Shown here: positions 10,996 to 20,267 of the stretch, in pieces
Position numbering within the stretch: position 1 is the stretch's first letter
How the letters are laid out: each line of letters starts with the position of its first letter
DNA from: Pontiella sp.
GTDB taxonomy: Bacteria > Verrucomicrobiota > Kiritimatiellia > Kiritimatiellales > Pontiellaceae
DNA: 64,000 bases
Assembly (NCBI GenBank): GCA_050290185.1
Contig: JBNKHE010000004.1
Location: 96,001-160,000 of the forward strand
Direction: 5' to 3'
Translations under genes and position numbers: made by a program
Notes under the pieces: model-generated
The model's database searches: none
Told to the model about the DNA's origin: nothing
What the model saw: the letters and a program-made list of their open reading frames with translations, nothing else

Positions 10996-11841
10996 ATGAA
11001 ACGAATCGGAGCCCATGTGAGCGCCAGCGGTGGTGTGGAAAACGCCCCGCTGAATGCGGCGGCCATTGGCGCCAATGCTTTTGCCCTCTTCACCAAGAAC
11101 CAGCGGCAGTGGGTTGCCAAGCCGCTGACGGCGGAAAGCATCGATGCTTTTAAGCAAAACTGCGCCGGCCACGGTATCGGCCCCGAAAGCATTCTCCCCC
11201 ACGATAGCTACCTCATCAACCTGGGCCACCCCGAAGCCGAGAAGCTTGAAAAATCACGCGATGCCTTCCTCGACGAAATGCAGCGTTGCGAGCAGCTTGG
11301 CCTTAGGCTGATCAACTTCCATCCCGGCAGTCACCTCAAACAGGTTTCCGAATCCGAATGCCTCGCCACCATCGCCGAATCGATCAACTGGGCTTTGGAC
11401 AAAACCTCGAGCGTGACCGCCGTGATCGAGAATACCGCCGGCCAGGGCTCCAATCTCGGCTTCCGCTTCGAGCACCTTGCCGAGATTATTGATCAGGTCG
11501 AAGACAAGAGCCGCGTCGGGGTCTGCATCGACACCTGCCATAGCTTTGCGGCGGGCTACGACTTACTCACCGCCGAATCGTGCGAAGCCGTCTTTGCGGA
11601 GTTTGAAAGCATCGTCGGATTCGGCTACCTGCGCGGCATGCATCTCAATGATTCCAAGAAAGGCCTCGGCAGCCGCGTCGACCGCCACCACAGCCTCGGC
11701 CTTGGCGTACTCGGACTCGAAGTTTTCAAATACATCATGAAAGACCCGCGCTTTGACGGCATGCCCCTCATCCTCGAAACCATCGATGATTCGATTTGGG
11801 CCGAGGAGATCAAACTGCTCAGGAGCTACGAAAAGGAATAG
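10996..11841 (+). CDS. nfo: Endonuclease IV
   Basis: [40 protein letters not shown]. Confidence 0.96.
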   Translation: MKRIGAHVSASGGVENAPLNAAAIGANAFALFTKNQRQWVAKPLTAESIDAFKQNCAGHGIGPESILPHDSYLINLGHPEAEKLEKSRDAFLDEMQRCEQLGLRLINFHPGSHLKQVSESECLATIAESINWALDKTSSVTAVIENTAGQGSNLGFRFEHLAEIIDQVEDKSRVGVCIDTCHSFAAGYDLLTAESCEAVFAEFESIVGFGYLRGMHLNDSKKGLGSRVDRHHSLGLGVLGLEVFKYIMKDPRFDGMPLILETIDDSIWAEEIKLLRSYEKE

Positions 11842-11862
11842 CCAAAAGGATAGACCAGATTT

Positions 11863-11926
11863 CACTACAGAGGACACGGAGGAACACCGGGAAATTTAAC
11901 CTCCAAGTACTCTGTGTACTCTAGCG
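11863..11926. repeat. Intergenic element with ~9-bp imperfect units in two inverted arms
   Basis: ACAGAGGAC ACGGAGGAAC ... CTCCAAGTA CTCTGTGTA CTCTAG. Confidence 0.6.
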
Positions 11927-12004
11927 CTGAGCGGAGCGAGATACTTTTACGTAGTTAAATAGTGACTGAAAGGAACGGTTCACCGGGTGGTAAAATATAT
12001 GAAC

Positions 12005-12739
12005 ATGTTGGACAACATCAGAATCGTCCTCGTCGAACCGATCTTCGGAGGGAACATCGGATCGGTTTGCCGGGCCATGAATAATAACGGCATCACCGAT
12101 CTGGCCATCGTCAAGCCGCGCGCAACCACGGACTGGGATGATGCCCGAAAGCTTTCCTGCAACGCCAAGGCCCAGCTTGAAGCCCGGAACGAGTTCCAAA
12201 CCCTAGAAGAAGCGATTGCCGACTGCACGGTCGTGGCGGCCACCTCGGCGCGCACCGGCTTCTACCGCGACACCGCCTATTCACCGAAAGAGTTTGCTCC
12301 CATCGGACTCGAAAGCGCCAAAGACCACAAGATCGCCCTCGTATTCGGCCGCGAGGACAAAGGGCTGCACAACGAAGAACTGGCACTGTGCACGCATATC
12401 ATTCAGATCCCGTCGAGCGAGCTGTACACCTCGCTCAACCTGTCACACGCCGTCTATGTCTGCACTTACGAAATGTTCTGCGCTGCCGGCGTCTTCCAGG
12501 CGTCGGAGGAAAAAGCCCCCGAAGCCAATTCCGCGCTGCGTGAACGCATGTTTGCCGCCTGGCGCGAAATGATGACCGAAACCGAATTCGTCCATGACCA
12601 AAAGCTTGATCACATGATGATGGGGTTGCGCCGCATCTTTACCCGTGGCAAGCTGACGGTTCCTGATTGCAAGATCCTGATGGGCCTGGCCAAACAATCC
12701 CTCTGGGTCGCCAACCAATGGAAAAAAAGTGAAGAATAA
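12005..12739 (+). CDS. trmJ: TrmJ/LasT-type tRNA methyltransferase (SPOUT)
   Basis: IRIVLVEP...GNIGSVCRAM, LVFGREDKGLHNEEL, SLNLSHAV. Confidence 0.85.
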   Translation: MLDNIRIVLVEPIFGGNIGSVCRAMNNNGITDLAIVKPRATTDWDDARKLSCNAKAQLEARNEFQTLEEAIADCTVVAATSARTGFYRDTAYSPKEFAPIGLESAKDHKIALVFGREDKGLHNEELALCTHIIQIPSSELYTSLNLSHAVYVCTYEMFCAAGVFQASEEKAPEANSALRERMFAAWREMMTETEFVHDQKLDHMMMGLRRIFTRGKLTVPDCKILMGLAKQSLWVANQWKKSEE

Positions 12740-12742
12740 TAA

Positions 12743-12820
12743 AACACCAAGGACCCACGGGCTCAAAGAACAGCAAGAATGGTCTTTATGGGCCTTCCAG
12801 TCCTTCGTGGCTTTGTGTTA
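12743..12820. repeat. Degenerate ~9-bp-unit inverted intergenic element
   Basis: ACACCAAGGACCCACGGGCTCAAAG ... CTTTATGGG CCTTCCAGT CCTTCGTGG CTTTGTGTT. Confidence 0.45.
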
Positions 12821-12832
12821 CAGAAAGGCCGC

Positions 12833-13426
12833 ATGAACGCATTTACTGAAAAAAGACATATCACCAAGAGCGAGATCAACGAGCTACCGATGCAGGCCTA
12901 TGAAGGACCGATCCACCTGTTCAACACCCCGGACGAGGCCGAAGCCGCCGCCCGGAAGCTGTTGAAGGAAACCCTGCTCGGATTCGACACCGAAACCCGC
13001 CCGGCTTTCCGTAAGGGCGAAAGCTACGACCCCTCCCTGCTCCAGCTCGCCACCGAAACCGAGGTCTACCTCTTCCAGATCCAGCAATGCGGTCTGACCC
13101 CCAGCCTGATCAAGGTGCTCTCGTCGCCCGGCATTGTAAAAGCCGGCGTCGCCATCGACCGCGACATCAGCGAGCTGCAGGCCATGACACCGTTCGAGGC
13201 GGACGGCTTTGTCGAGCTGGCAACCTGCGCCAAGGAAGCACGGATCAAGAACCTCGGACTGCGCGGCCTGACAGCCATTCTCTTCGGCTTCCGCATCTCC
13301 AAGAAGGAACAGGTTTCCAACTGGGCCCGGCAGGAATTGACGGAATCCCAAAAAATCTACGCCGCCACCGACGCCTGGCTCGGCCGCAAGATCTACCTCG
13401 CCTTCAAGGAACAGGGATTGGTGTAG
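12833..13426 (+). CDS. DEDDy 3'-5' exonuclease (WRN/RNase D-like)
   Basis: LGFDTETRP, LLQLAT, SNW..ELT..QKIYAATDAW. Confidence 0.9.
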   Translation: MNAFTEKRHITKSEINELPMQAYEGPIHLFNTPDEAEAAARKLLKETLLGFDTETRPAFRKGESYDPSLLQLATETEVYLFQIQQCGLTPSLIKVLSSPGIVKAGVAIDRDISELQAMTPFEADGFVELATCAKEARIKNLGLRGLTAILFGFRISKKEQVSNWARQELTESQKIYAATDAWLGRKIYLAFKEQGLV

Positions 13427-13558
13427 GTTTCGAAAAAAATTCGCCGGGATATAAACCGACAAAGCCTCTACCGGTTGCCTACGCGGCTCCACGCTACAGC
13501 GGCCTGACCAACACCTCGCACAAGAAACTGCGCTGCGGATTCTTTTGTCACCTGCTAC

Positions 13559-13590
13559 AAAAAAAGGCGCCCTTAACGGGCACCTTTTTG
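13559..13590. terminator. Bidirectional intrinsic terminator between convergent genes
   Basis: AAAAAAAGGCGCCC-TTAAC-GGGCACCTTTTT. Confidence 0.7.
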
Positions 13591-13610
13591 ACCATCCGTT
13601 AAAATCCGGG

Positions 13611-13931
13611 TTACAGTTCGGCCGTGATGGCCGAAACCAGTGCGGCCTGCTGCTGGAGGCCAACAAACTGCTGCTTGTTTTCGCCGTCCTTAAGCAGGAT
13701 CAGCGTCGGGATCGAGCGGATGCCGTACTTGGCGGCCAGCTCGGGGCTTTCATCAACGTTTACCTTGGCGATGACCGCCTTGTCGCCGAGTTCCGCCGCA
13801 ACCTTTTCGAGAATCGGGGTCTGCATTTTGCAGGGACCGCACCAGGGGGCCCAAAAATCTACCAGAACCACACCGCTCTTGGTTGCATCGTCATAAGATC
13901 CGCTATCCAAATCAATTAAACCTTCTGCCAT
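13611..13931 (-). CDS. trxA: Thioredoxin
   Basis: VDFWAPWCGPCK, SIPTL. Confidence 0.96.
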   Translation of the reverse strand: MAEGLIDLDSGSYDDATKSGVVLVDFWAPWCGPCKMQTPILEKVAAELGDKAVIAKVNVDESPELAAKYGIRSIPTLILLKDGENKQQFVGLQQQAALVSAITAEL

Positions 13932-14016
13932 TTTTCATCTCCTATTTGTTCCAAATTGCTGTGATCATTTCATGTTGTGCTCAAAAATCAAACAAAATGC
14001 ACCTCAGGCGCATTCA

Positions 14017-14098
14017 GTTGTTCGTTGATGGTTGCTGGTTGTTAGGCAATATTGCGCAGCAATTTCGCCTTTGGCCCCGACAACAAACACTCAACAAC
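14017..14098. repeat. Heptamer tandem repeat with inverted partner arm
   Basis: GTTGTTC GTTGATG GTTGCTG GTTGTTA ... CGACAAC AAACACT CAACAAC. Confidence 0.75.
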
Positions 14099-14605
14099 TT
14101 ACCAACCATTAGAGTGAATCCGCTCCTCGTCATACCGGTATTCCGGCGCAAGCACTTCGTTCGGCACGCCCATGGCCAGCAGGGCGAACGGTGTGATGGA
14201 GTCCGGAATATCGAGAATCTTACGGCAGGATTCCACCCGTTCCTCCAGTGGGTAAATAGCGATCCAGACGCATCCGATACCGATATCATGTGCGGCCAGC
14301 TGCATATTCTGCGCGGCGCAGGAACAATCCTGCGGCCAGAAGCCGGGATAGATTTCTTTGGACTGATCGCCGCAGACCATCACCATAAAGGTCGACTCCG
14401 CCAGCATTTCCGTACCACCAAGCCCCGTGAACTGCTTGATTATTTCCGGGTCGTCCATCGTAACAAAATGCCAGGGACGCGCATCTGCCGCAGACGGAGC
14501 GTTCATGGCCGCTTCGAGAATTAGTTTCCGTTCGTCCCCGGTTACGGGTTCTTCCGTCCAGGTTCGGATGCTGCGTCGTGACATAATAGCTGAAATTGTT
14601 TCCAT
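14099..14605 (-). CDS. Nitroreductase family protein
   Basis: RRSIR, APSA...PWHFV, AAQNMQLAAH..GIGCVW. Confidence 0.92.
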   Translation of the reverse strand: METISAIMSRRSIRTWTEEPVTGDERKLILEAAMNAPSAADARPWHFVTMDDPEIIKQFTGLGGTEMLAESTFMVMVCGDQSKEIYPGFWPQDCSCAAQNMQLAAHDIGIGCVWIAIYPLEERVESCRKILDIPDSITPFALLAMGVPNEVLAPEYRYDEERIHSNGW

Positions 14606-14717
14606 GTAATTTCCCTTCGTTGAAAGCCTCAGAATACCAATACATGATGGACGGGCAAGGCATTATGTTACGCAGATGGGTTGCCAGTCCCCCGCCGCTG
14701 GACTATGTTTCCGCGCC

Positions 14718-16154
14718 ATGTACAAAAAGAAACAGATAGTGGGAGTCGAGATCATCGACCTAGGCGACAAGAACCAGTGCTTCGGCCGGCTTGACGATGG
14801 CATGGGAATCTTCGTGCAGGGCACGGCCGCCATCGGTGATGTCGTCCGGGCGGAAATTTTCAAGATCAAGAAAAAGTACCTGGTTGCCCGCTTCCGGGAG
14901 GTGATCACACCGTCGTCCCATCGCATTGAACCTGTCTGCCCCTACTTCGGCCTTTGCGGCGGTTGCAAGTGGCAGCACATGGATTATGCCGAACAGCTGC
15001 GCCTGAAGCGCAAGCAGGTGCAGGACGCCCTTGAGCATATCGGCGGTTTCCATGAAATCATGTGCGAACCTTGCCTCCCGGCCCCGGAGTTGTTTGGTTA
15101 CCGCAACAAGATGGATTTCTCGTTCACCGACCTCCGCTACCTGACATCCGACGAAATCGGCATCGAACCCGGCGAACACGATAAGCCGCTGGACTTTGCC
15201 CTCGGCTTCCACGCCCCCGGCTGCTTTTCCAAGGCCATCGATATCGACCACTGCGATCTATCAACGCCGGAAATGAACATCACGCTCAATGCCGTCCGCG
15301 ACTTCTGCCTGCGGCACAAAACCGAACTACCGATCTACTCCACCCATACGCACACTGGCGAATTGCGCAATCTCGTCGTGCGGCACGGAGGAAACACCGG
15401 AGAATTCATGGTCAACCTCGTCACCTCCACCCACAATGCGGAACTGATGCTGGAACTCTGCGGGGAACTGAAAACCGCACTCGGCGACCGGCTGACCACC
15501 TTCGTCAACAACACCACCTCGGCCAAAAACACCGTCGCGTTCGGAGAGAAGGAATATGTGATCCATGGCCCAGGCACCATTACCGACCGGCTGGGCGACT
15601 ACACCTACCGCATTTCAGCCAACTCGTTCTTCCAGACCAATACCGCCCAGGCCGAAACCCTCTACCACCAGATACTGGAGACCGCGCAGCTCAAGCCGGC
15701 CGATATCGTATACGACCTGTTCTGCGGCACCGGGTCCATCGCCCTCTTCGCATCCAGCCACTGCCAAAAGGTACTTGGAGTCGAAGTCGTGGAAAGCTCC
15801 GTGAACGATGCGCGTGAAAATGCCAAGCGCCACGCTGTCGACAACTGCGAATTTATCCGGCTCGACCTGAAGGACATTATCGACATCGAACTGGAGATGC
15901 AGGAATTCGGCCATCCCGATGTGGTCATCACCGACCCTCCACGTGCGGGAATGAATCCCAAAGCCGTCAAGATGCTCTTGAAAATGGAACCCCCTGTTAT
16001 CGTCTATGTCAGCTGCAATCCGGCCTCGCTGGCCCGCGACGGGCAGATGCTGTGCGAGGATGGAAAATACCAGATGGTGCACTGCCAGCCGGTAGACATG
16101 TTCCCGCAAACGAACCACGTCGAAAGCGTCGCCCGTTTTGAACGGGTTGTGTAA
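14718..16154 (+). CDS. rlmD: 23S rRNA (uracil-C5)-methyltransferase RlmD family
   Basis: TRAM domain, CPYFGLCGGCKWQ Fe-S motif, SFFQTN, DLFCGTG, DPPRAG, YVSCNP, DMFPQT. Confidence 0.93.
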   Translation: MYKKKQIVGVEIIDLGDKNQCFGRLDDGMGIFVQGTAAIGDVVRAEIFKIKKKYLVARFREVITPSSHRIEPVCPYFGLCGGCKWQHMDYAEQLRLKRKQVQDALEHIGGFHEIMCEPCLPAPELFGYRNKMDFSFTDLRYLTSDEIGIEPGEHDKPLDFALGFHAPGCFSKAIDIDHCDLSTPEMNITLNAVRDFCLRHKTELPIYSTHTHTGELRNLVVRHGGNTGEFMVNLVTSTHNAELMLELCGELKTALGDRLTTFVNNTTSAKNTVAFGEKEYVIHGPGTITDRLGDYTYRISANSFFQTNTAQAETLYHQILETAQLKPADIVYDLFCGTGSIALFASSHCQKVLGVEVVESSVNDARENAKRHAVDNCEFIRLDLKDIIDIELEMQEFGHPDVVITDPPRAGMNPKAVKMLLKMEPPVIVYVSCNPASLARDGQMLCEDGKYQMVHCQPVDMFPQTNHVESVARFERVV

Positions 16155-16183
16155 CAGACACCGGAAATCACAGGGCGCTCAAG

Positions 16184-17593
16184 TTACATCGGATTGGAGC
16201 AATGCTTACGGTAATATTCGTTCAGTTCGTCCACCAGCAAATCACAACGGATTTTGCATCGAGACTTCTCGAAGGTCCGCCCCATTCCCATGCAGGCTGA
16301 ACATGTCCCACTGACCTCGCCTTCTCCCTGGCAGGCACTGCATTCCCCCGTACCCTTGCAGGCCGAGCAGTCTGCCTTCCAGTTCTTGAGATTCATGCCA
16401 TCGCCGGACCCTTCGCACTTAGGGCACTCTCCGCTTCCGTCGCAATCCGGACAATCCTGCTTGAGCCATCCCTTCGATTTGCACTTCTGACAAAACTGGA
16501 GGTAATTTTCGATATCGATCACCTCATTGTCGGGGTATTCCACATCGAGCATCATCTTGAACCGTTTGGCCAACGGCAGTTCCTTTTTAACCAGGGTATG
16601 CATTAAACAGGCAACCACGATATTAGTATCCATCCCCCCATTGTAACTCGTGGATGCATAGTAGGCGGGGGCATTCGTATTGATGCCCTCCAGTTCGCCG
16701 AGAATGCTCTCAAAATCCACCGAGGGACTGGCCATGATCGAAGCGGTTGGATTGCCCGAAACCAGAGCATTCATTTTCCGGACCCATTTGTCTCGAACGA
16801 CTTCGCAATAACCGCGCGCCGCCAGTTTTCCGATACCGCTGCAGGTGGCACACCGGATGCCAACCTCTCCTTCCCCGCCGCACTTCGCACATTCCCCGGA
16901 TTCTTTACAGACTTTGCAATCCGAACTCTTTCCCTCGGTTCGGGTGCTCCGCTTGCCCAAAGTGGACGCGGTCTTCGCACACTCGCTGCATTCTCCGGTG
17001 CCCTCGCAGGCGCGGCACTCTCTGGGGACTTCGCCTTTCCCTCCGCACGCAGGGCAGGTTTGAAAGATCATGTCCCGCGCAACATCATCGACTTCATAAC
17101 CCCTTTCTTCCAGATAGAGGATGCACCGATTGGCTTCGTCCTTCTCGTTATCCAGTATCGCCTGAAGCAATCCGATCACGAGCACCCCTTGATCAAGTTC
17201 TTTGTCGGCGCCACGTTCCAGCAGCTTTTTACGTGTTTCCGGCGCCAGCGACGGCGCCTTTTTCAGCACGTTTTCGATGCGGTAACGGTCGTTGCCCGGC
17301 TCCTCATCCGCAGCCGGTTTATCTTCCTCGACCGGCGCGGCATCTCCCATATAAGCCGCCTGCCACTCAGGCGGCAGTGTTTTGTAATTCAGGAAATACT
17401 GGCCGCCGTCGTGGATGATCATGAGGCCTTCGGAGTTGCGCCGCCAGACATAGGCATTCTTCAGTACTGAGCCATCCGGCAGGGTAAATGCAGCCACCGG
17501 CTTATCGGTCAGCACCACAATTTTCGCCGCCCGCACCTCAGGTATGGCCAGCGACAGAATCGCCATTGTCACCAGGAAATAAATCGGTCTCAT
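16184..17593 (-). CDS. Hypothetical secreted protein with two modules of six CxxC(xGxG) DnaJ-type zinc-finger motifs
   Basis: Signal peptide MRPIYFLVTMAILSLAIPEVRA; 12 CxxC motifs in two clusters. Confidence 0.8.
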   Translation of the reverse strand: MRPIYFLVTMAILSLAIPEVRAAKIVVLTDKPVAAFTLPDGSVLKNAYVWRRNSEGLMIIHDGGQYFLNYKTLPPEWQAAYMGDAAPVEEDKPAADEEPGNDRYRIENVLKKAPSLAPETRKKLLERGADKELDQGVLVIGLLQAILDNEKDEANRCILYLEERGYEVDDVARDMIFQTCPACGGKGEVPRECRACEGTGECSECAKTASTLGKRSTRTEGKSSDCKVCKESGECAKCGGEGEVGIRCATCSGIGKLAARGYCEVVRDKWVRKMNALVSGNPTASIMASPSVDFESILGELEGINTNAPAYYASTSYNGGMDTNIVVACLMHTLVKKELPLAKRFKMMLDVEYPDNEVIDIENYLQFCQKCKSKGWLKQDCPDCDGSGECPKCEGSGDGMNLKNWKADCSACKGTGECSACQGEGEVSGTCSACMGMGRTFEKSRCKIRCDLLVDELNEYYRKHCSNPM

Positions 17594-17685
17594 AATCCTC
17601 GCCTCCGTTCTGGATTGAATAGACATCAGGCAATGTACAATATGGCTCACTTAAATTCCAAGATTCCATTACGCATTACGCAACC

Positions 17686-19770
17686 ATGAAAGTCGTCATT
17701 ACAGAAAAGCCCTCCGTCGCCCGCGATATCGCGGGCGTACTGAACATTACGGAGAAAAAGAACGGATATATCGAGGGCCGTGGCTGCACCATCACGTGGG
17801 CCTTCGGGCACCTCGTCACGTTGCTTGATCCCGGTGAATACGATCCCGCCCTGAAAAAATGGCGGCTGGATTCCCTGCCCTTCATTCCGGACGAATTCAA
17901 ACTCAAGCTCATCGAAAACCAAGGTGTGGCCGAACAGTTCGCGACGATTAAGCGGCTCTGCAACGAGGCAGAGGAAATTGTATGTGCCACGGACGCCGGT
18001 CGCGAGGGTGAATTGATCTTCCGCTACATCCTCGCATTGAGCGAGTGCGAAGAAAAACCGATTCGCCGCCTCTGGCTCAGCTCGCTTACCCCCGATGCCA
18101 TTAAAGAAGCATTCAAGGAGCTCAAGGATGGGCACGCTTACGATAACCTCTATGCCGCGGCCCGGTGCCGGAGCGAATCGGACTGGATCGTCGGCCTGAA
18201 CGCCACACGCTGCTACACGGTCCGCCACGGGCGGCTAGGTAGCTCGGACGACCGCGTCCTCTGGAGCATCGGCCGCGTGCAGACGCCCGTGTTGGCCATG
18301 ATTGTCCAGCGCGACGACGAGATCCTCCAATTCCGCCCCAAACCCTTTTGGGAACTGGCGACCAAATACCGCGACGTCGTTTTCAAGCATACCGGCGACC
18401 GCTTCGAGCAACCTGAGAAAGCGCAGGGGTTGCTCGAAAAAATTACCGGACAGCCCTTTGCTATCACATCCGTGACCGGCAAGCAGAAGAAGGAGCAACC
18501 GCCCCAGCTGTTCGACCTCACCACCCTTCAGCGCGAGATCAACAAGAGCCACGGGCTCTCCGCCGCCGACACGCTGGCAGCCACCCAGAACCTCTACGAA
18601 TCCAAGCTCGTCACCTATCCGCGAACCGACTCACGCTACCTCAGCGCCGACATGAAGCCGCGCATCCCGAAGATCTTCGAGCAGCTCAAGGCCATCCGCG
18701 CCGAGCAGATTGCACCCCTCGATCTGACCAAACTCGCGTTCACCAAGCGCATCGTCGACGACAAGAAGGTGACCGACCACCACGCCATCATTCCGACGGG
18801 TATCAACCCCCGTTCCATCGGCAAGCATGAACAAATCATCTACGATGCCATCACCACCCAGTTTATCGCCGCCTTCTATCCGGTCTGCGTGAAGAAGATC
18901 ACCACGGTCGACGGCGAAAGTGCCGAGGTAAAATTCCAGGCCAAGGGCACGCAGGTCATCGAACCCGGCTGGTCGGCTCTGTTTCCCAAAAAGGGCAAAA
19001 AGAAAACCGACGATAATGCCGATGACGACCAGACGCTTCCGGATTTCAAGAAAGGCGAAAGCGGTCCGCACGAACCCAATCTCCGCGAAGGCAAAACAAA
19101 ACCGCCCAAGTACTTTAACGAAAACTCGCTGCTGGGTGCCATGGAAGCCGCCGGCAAGTGGGTCGACGACGATACGCTGCGCGAAGCCCTCAAAGAGCGC
19201 GGCATCGGCACCCCCGCCACCCGCGCAGCTATCATCGAGACGCTTTTGCGGCGCAACTATATCCGCCGCGAAAAAAAGCAGATCCGCGCCACCGACATGG
19301 GCCGCTGCCTGATCGCCCTCATTCAGGACCCGTTGCTCAAGTCGCCCGAAATGACCGGCGAATGGGAGGAAAAGCTCAAACGCATCGAACGCGGCGAGTC
19401 CGAATCCTCCGACTTCATGGGCGGTATTGTTGAATATACCCGCGGCCTAATTGAACAGAGCACCGCCACCAAGCTCAACACCGACCGATGGGGCGACTGC
19501 CCGCTGTGCGGCAAGGAAATCATCAAGGGGAAAACGGCCTTTGGCTGCTCCGGCTGGAAAGAGGGCTGCACCTTCGTGCTCAAGCCGGAATACAAGGGGC
19601 TGCAGCTCACGCCAAACCAGGTACAGGTCTTGCTCCAGATGCGCGTCCTGCCCTACCCCGTGCACATCGAAGAAAAACCGCGCCTGCTCCTGCTTAGCAC
19701 CCAGGGAGACCTTGCTGACATCGACCTCCCGTCCGCCGACCGGCAGAAAAAGCAAACCGCCAAAAACTAA
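17686..19770 (+). CDS. topB: DNA topoisomerase III (type IA)
   Basis: EKPSVARDIA, ATDAGREGELIF, GRVQTP, active-site TYPRTDS, DHHAIIPT, GIGTPATRA. Confidence 0.94.
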   Translation: MKVVITEKPSVARDIAGVLNITEKKNGYIEGRGCTITWAFGHLVTLLDPGEYDPALKKWRLDSLPFIPDEFKLKLIENQGVAEQFATIKRLCNEAEEIVCATDAGREGELIFRYILALSECEEKPIRRLWLSSLTPDAIKEAFKELKDGHAYDNLYAAARCRSESDWIVGLNATRCYTVRHGRLGSSDDRVLWSIGRVQTPVLAMIVQRDDEILQFRPKPFWELATKYRDVVFKHTGDRFEQPEKAQGLLEKITGQPFAITSVTGKQKKEQPPQLFDLTTLQREINKSHGLSAADTLAATQNLYESKLVTYPRTDSRYLSADMKPRIPKIFEQLKAIRAEQIAPLDLTKLAFTKRIVDDKKVTDHHAIIPTGINPRSIGKHEQIIYDAITTQFIAAFYPVCVKKITTVDGESAEVKFQAKGTQVIEPGWSALFPKKGKKKTDDNADDDQTLPDFKKGESGPHEPNLREGKTKPPKYFNENSLLGAMEAAGKWVDDDTLREALKERGIGTPATRAAIIETLLRRNYIRREKKQIRATDMGRCLIALIQDPLLKSPEMTGEWEEKLKRIERGESESSDFMGGIVEYTRGLIEQSTATKLNTDRWGDCPLCGKEIIKGKTAFGCSGWKEGCTFVLKPEYKGLQLTPNQVQVLLQMRVLPYPVHIEEKPRLLLLSTQGDLADIDLPSADRQKKQTAKN

Positions 19771-19798
19771 ACCACCGTAAACCTTCGGGGAAATCTGC

Positions 19799-20200
19799 AT
19801 GAATTCCAAACTCGGGAAGAAATGCCTCCAGCTATGTGGAATGCTCTTCATCGCATTCGTGGTGTACATTATTGCAGCGGCCGATCACAACGCACTGCCG
19901 CCCGCTATAAGCCGTGTTTATGCATTCCCCGGCGGAGATAAGGTTGGCCATGTGGTTTTTTACGGAACCCTCGCATTCTTTGCCAACTACCTGCTTCATC
20001 CACGCTCCCTGCGGCTGGCAAACCGATCGGTTCAATATGGCACTCTGATTCTGTTCATACTGATCACCATCGAAGAATTCAGTCAGGCGTTCGTAGCAAG
20101 CCGCACTTTCGATCTTATCGACCTGGCTTGCAGTTATCTCGGCCTGTTTGCCGGAGCCGCGGTTGCGAAATACTTGAGCCGAAGCACGACAGCCCAATGA
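19799..20200 (+). CDS. VanZ-like membrane protein
   Basis: DKVGHVVFYG, EEFSQAFVASRTFDLIDL. Confidence 0.8.
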   Translation: MNSKLGKKCLQLCGMLFIAFVVYIIAAADHNALPPAISRVYAFPGGDKVGHVVFYGTLAFFANYLLHPRSLRLANRSVQYGTLILFILITIEEFSQAFVASRTFDLIDLACSYLGLFAGAAVAKYLSRSTTAQ

Positions 20201-20267
20201 TCTGGGACACGCGCTCTATTATTTCACGGGCCGCTCCGGAACGGGCGCAAGAGATCACCAACATCGC

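Noticed and set aside
16184..17593. Multihaem cytochrome or DnaJ call for the Cys-rich protein
   Set aside because: No CxxCH motifs and no HPD-containing J-domain.
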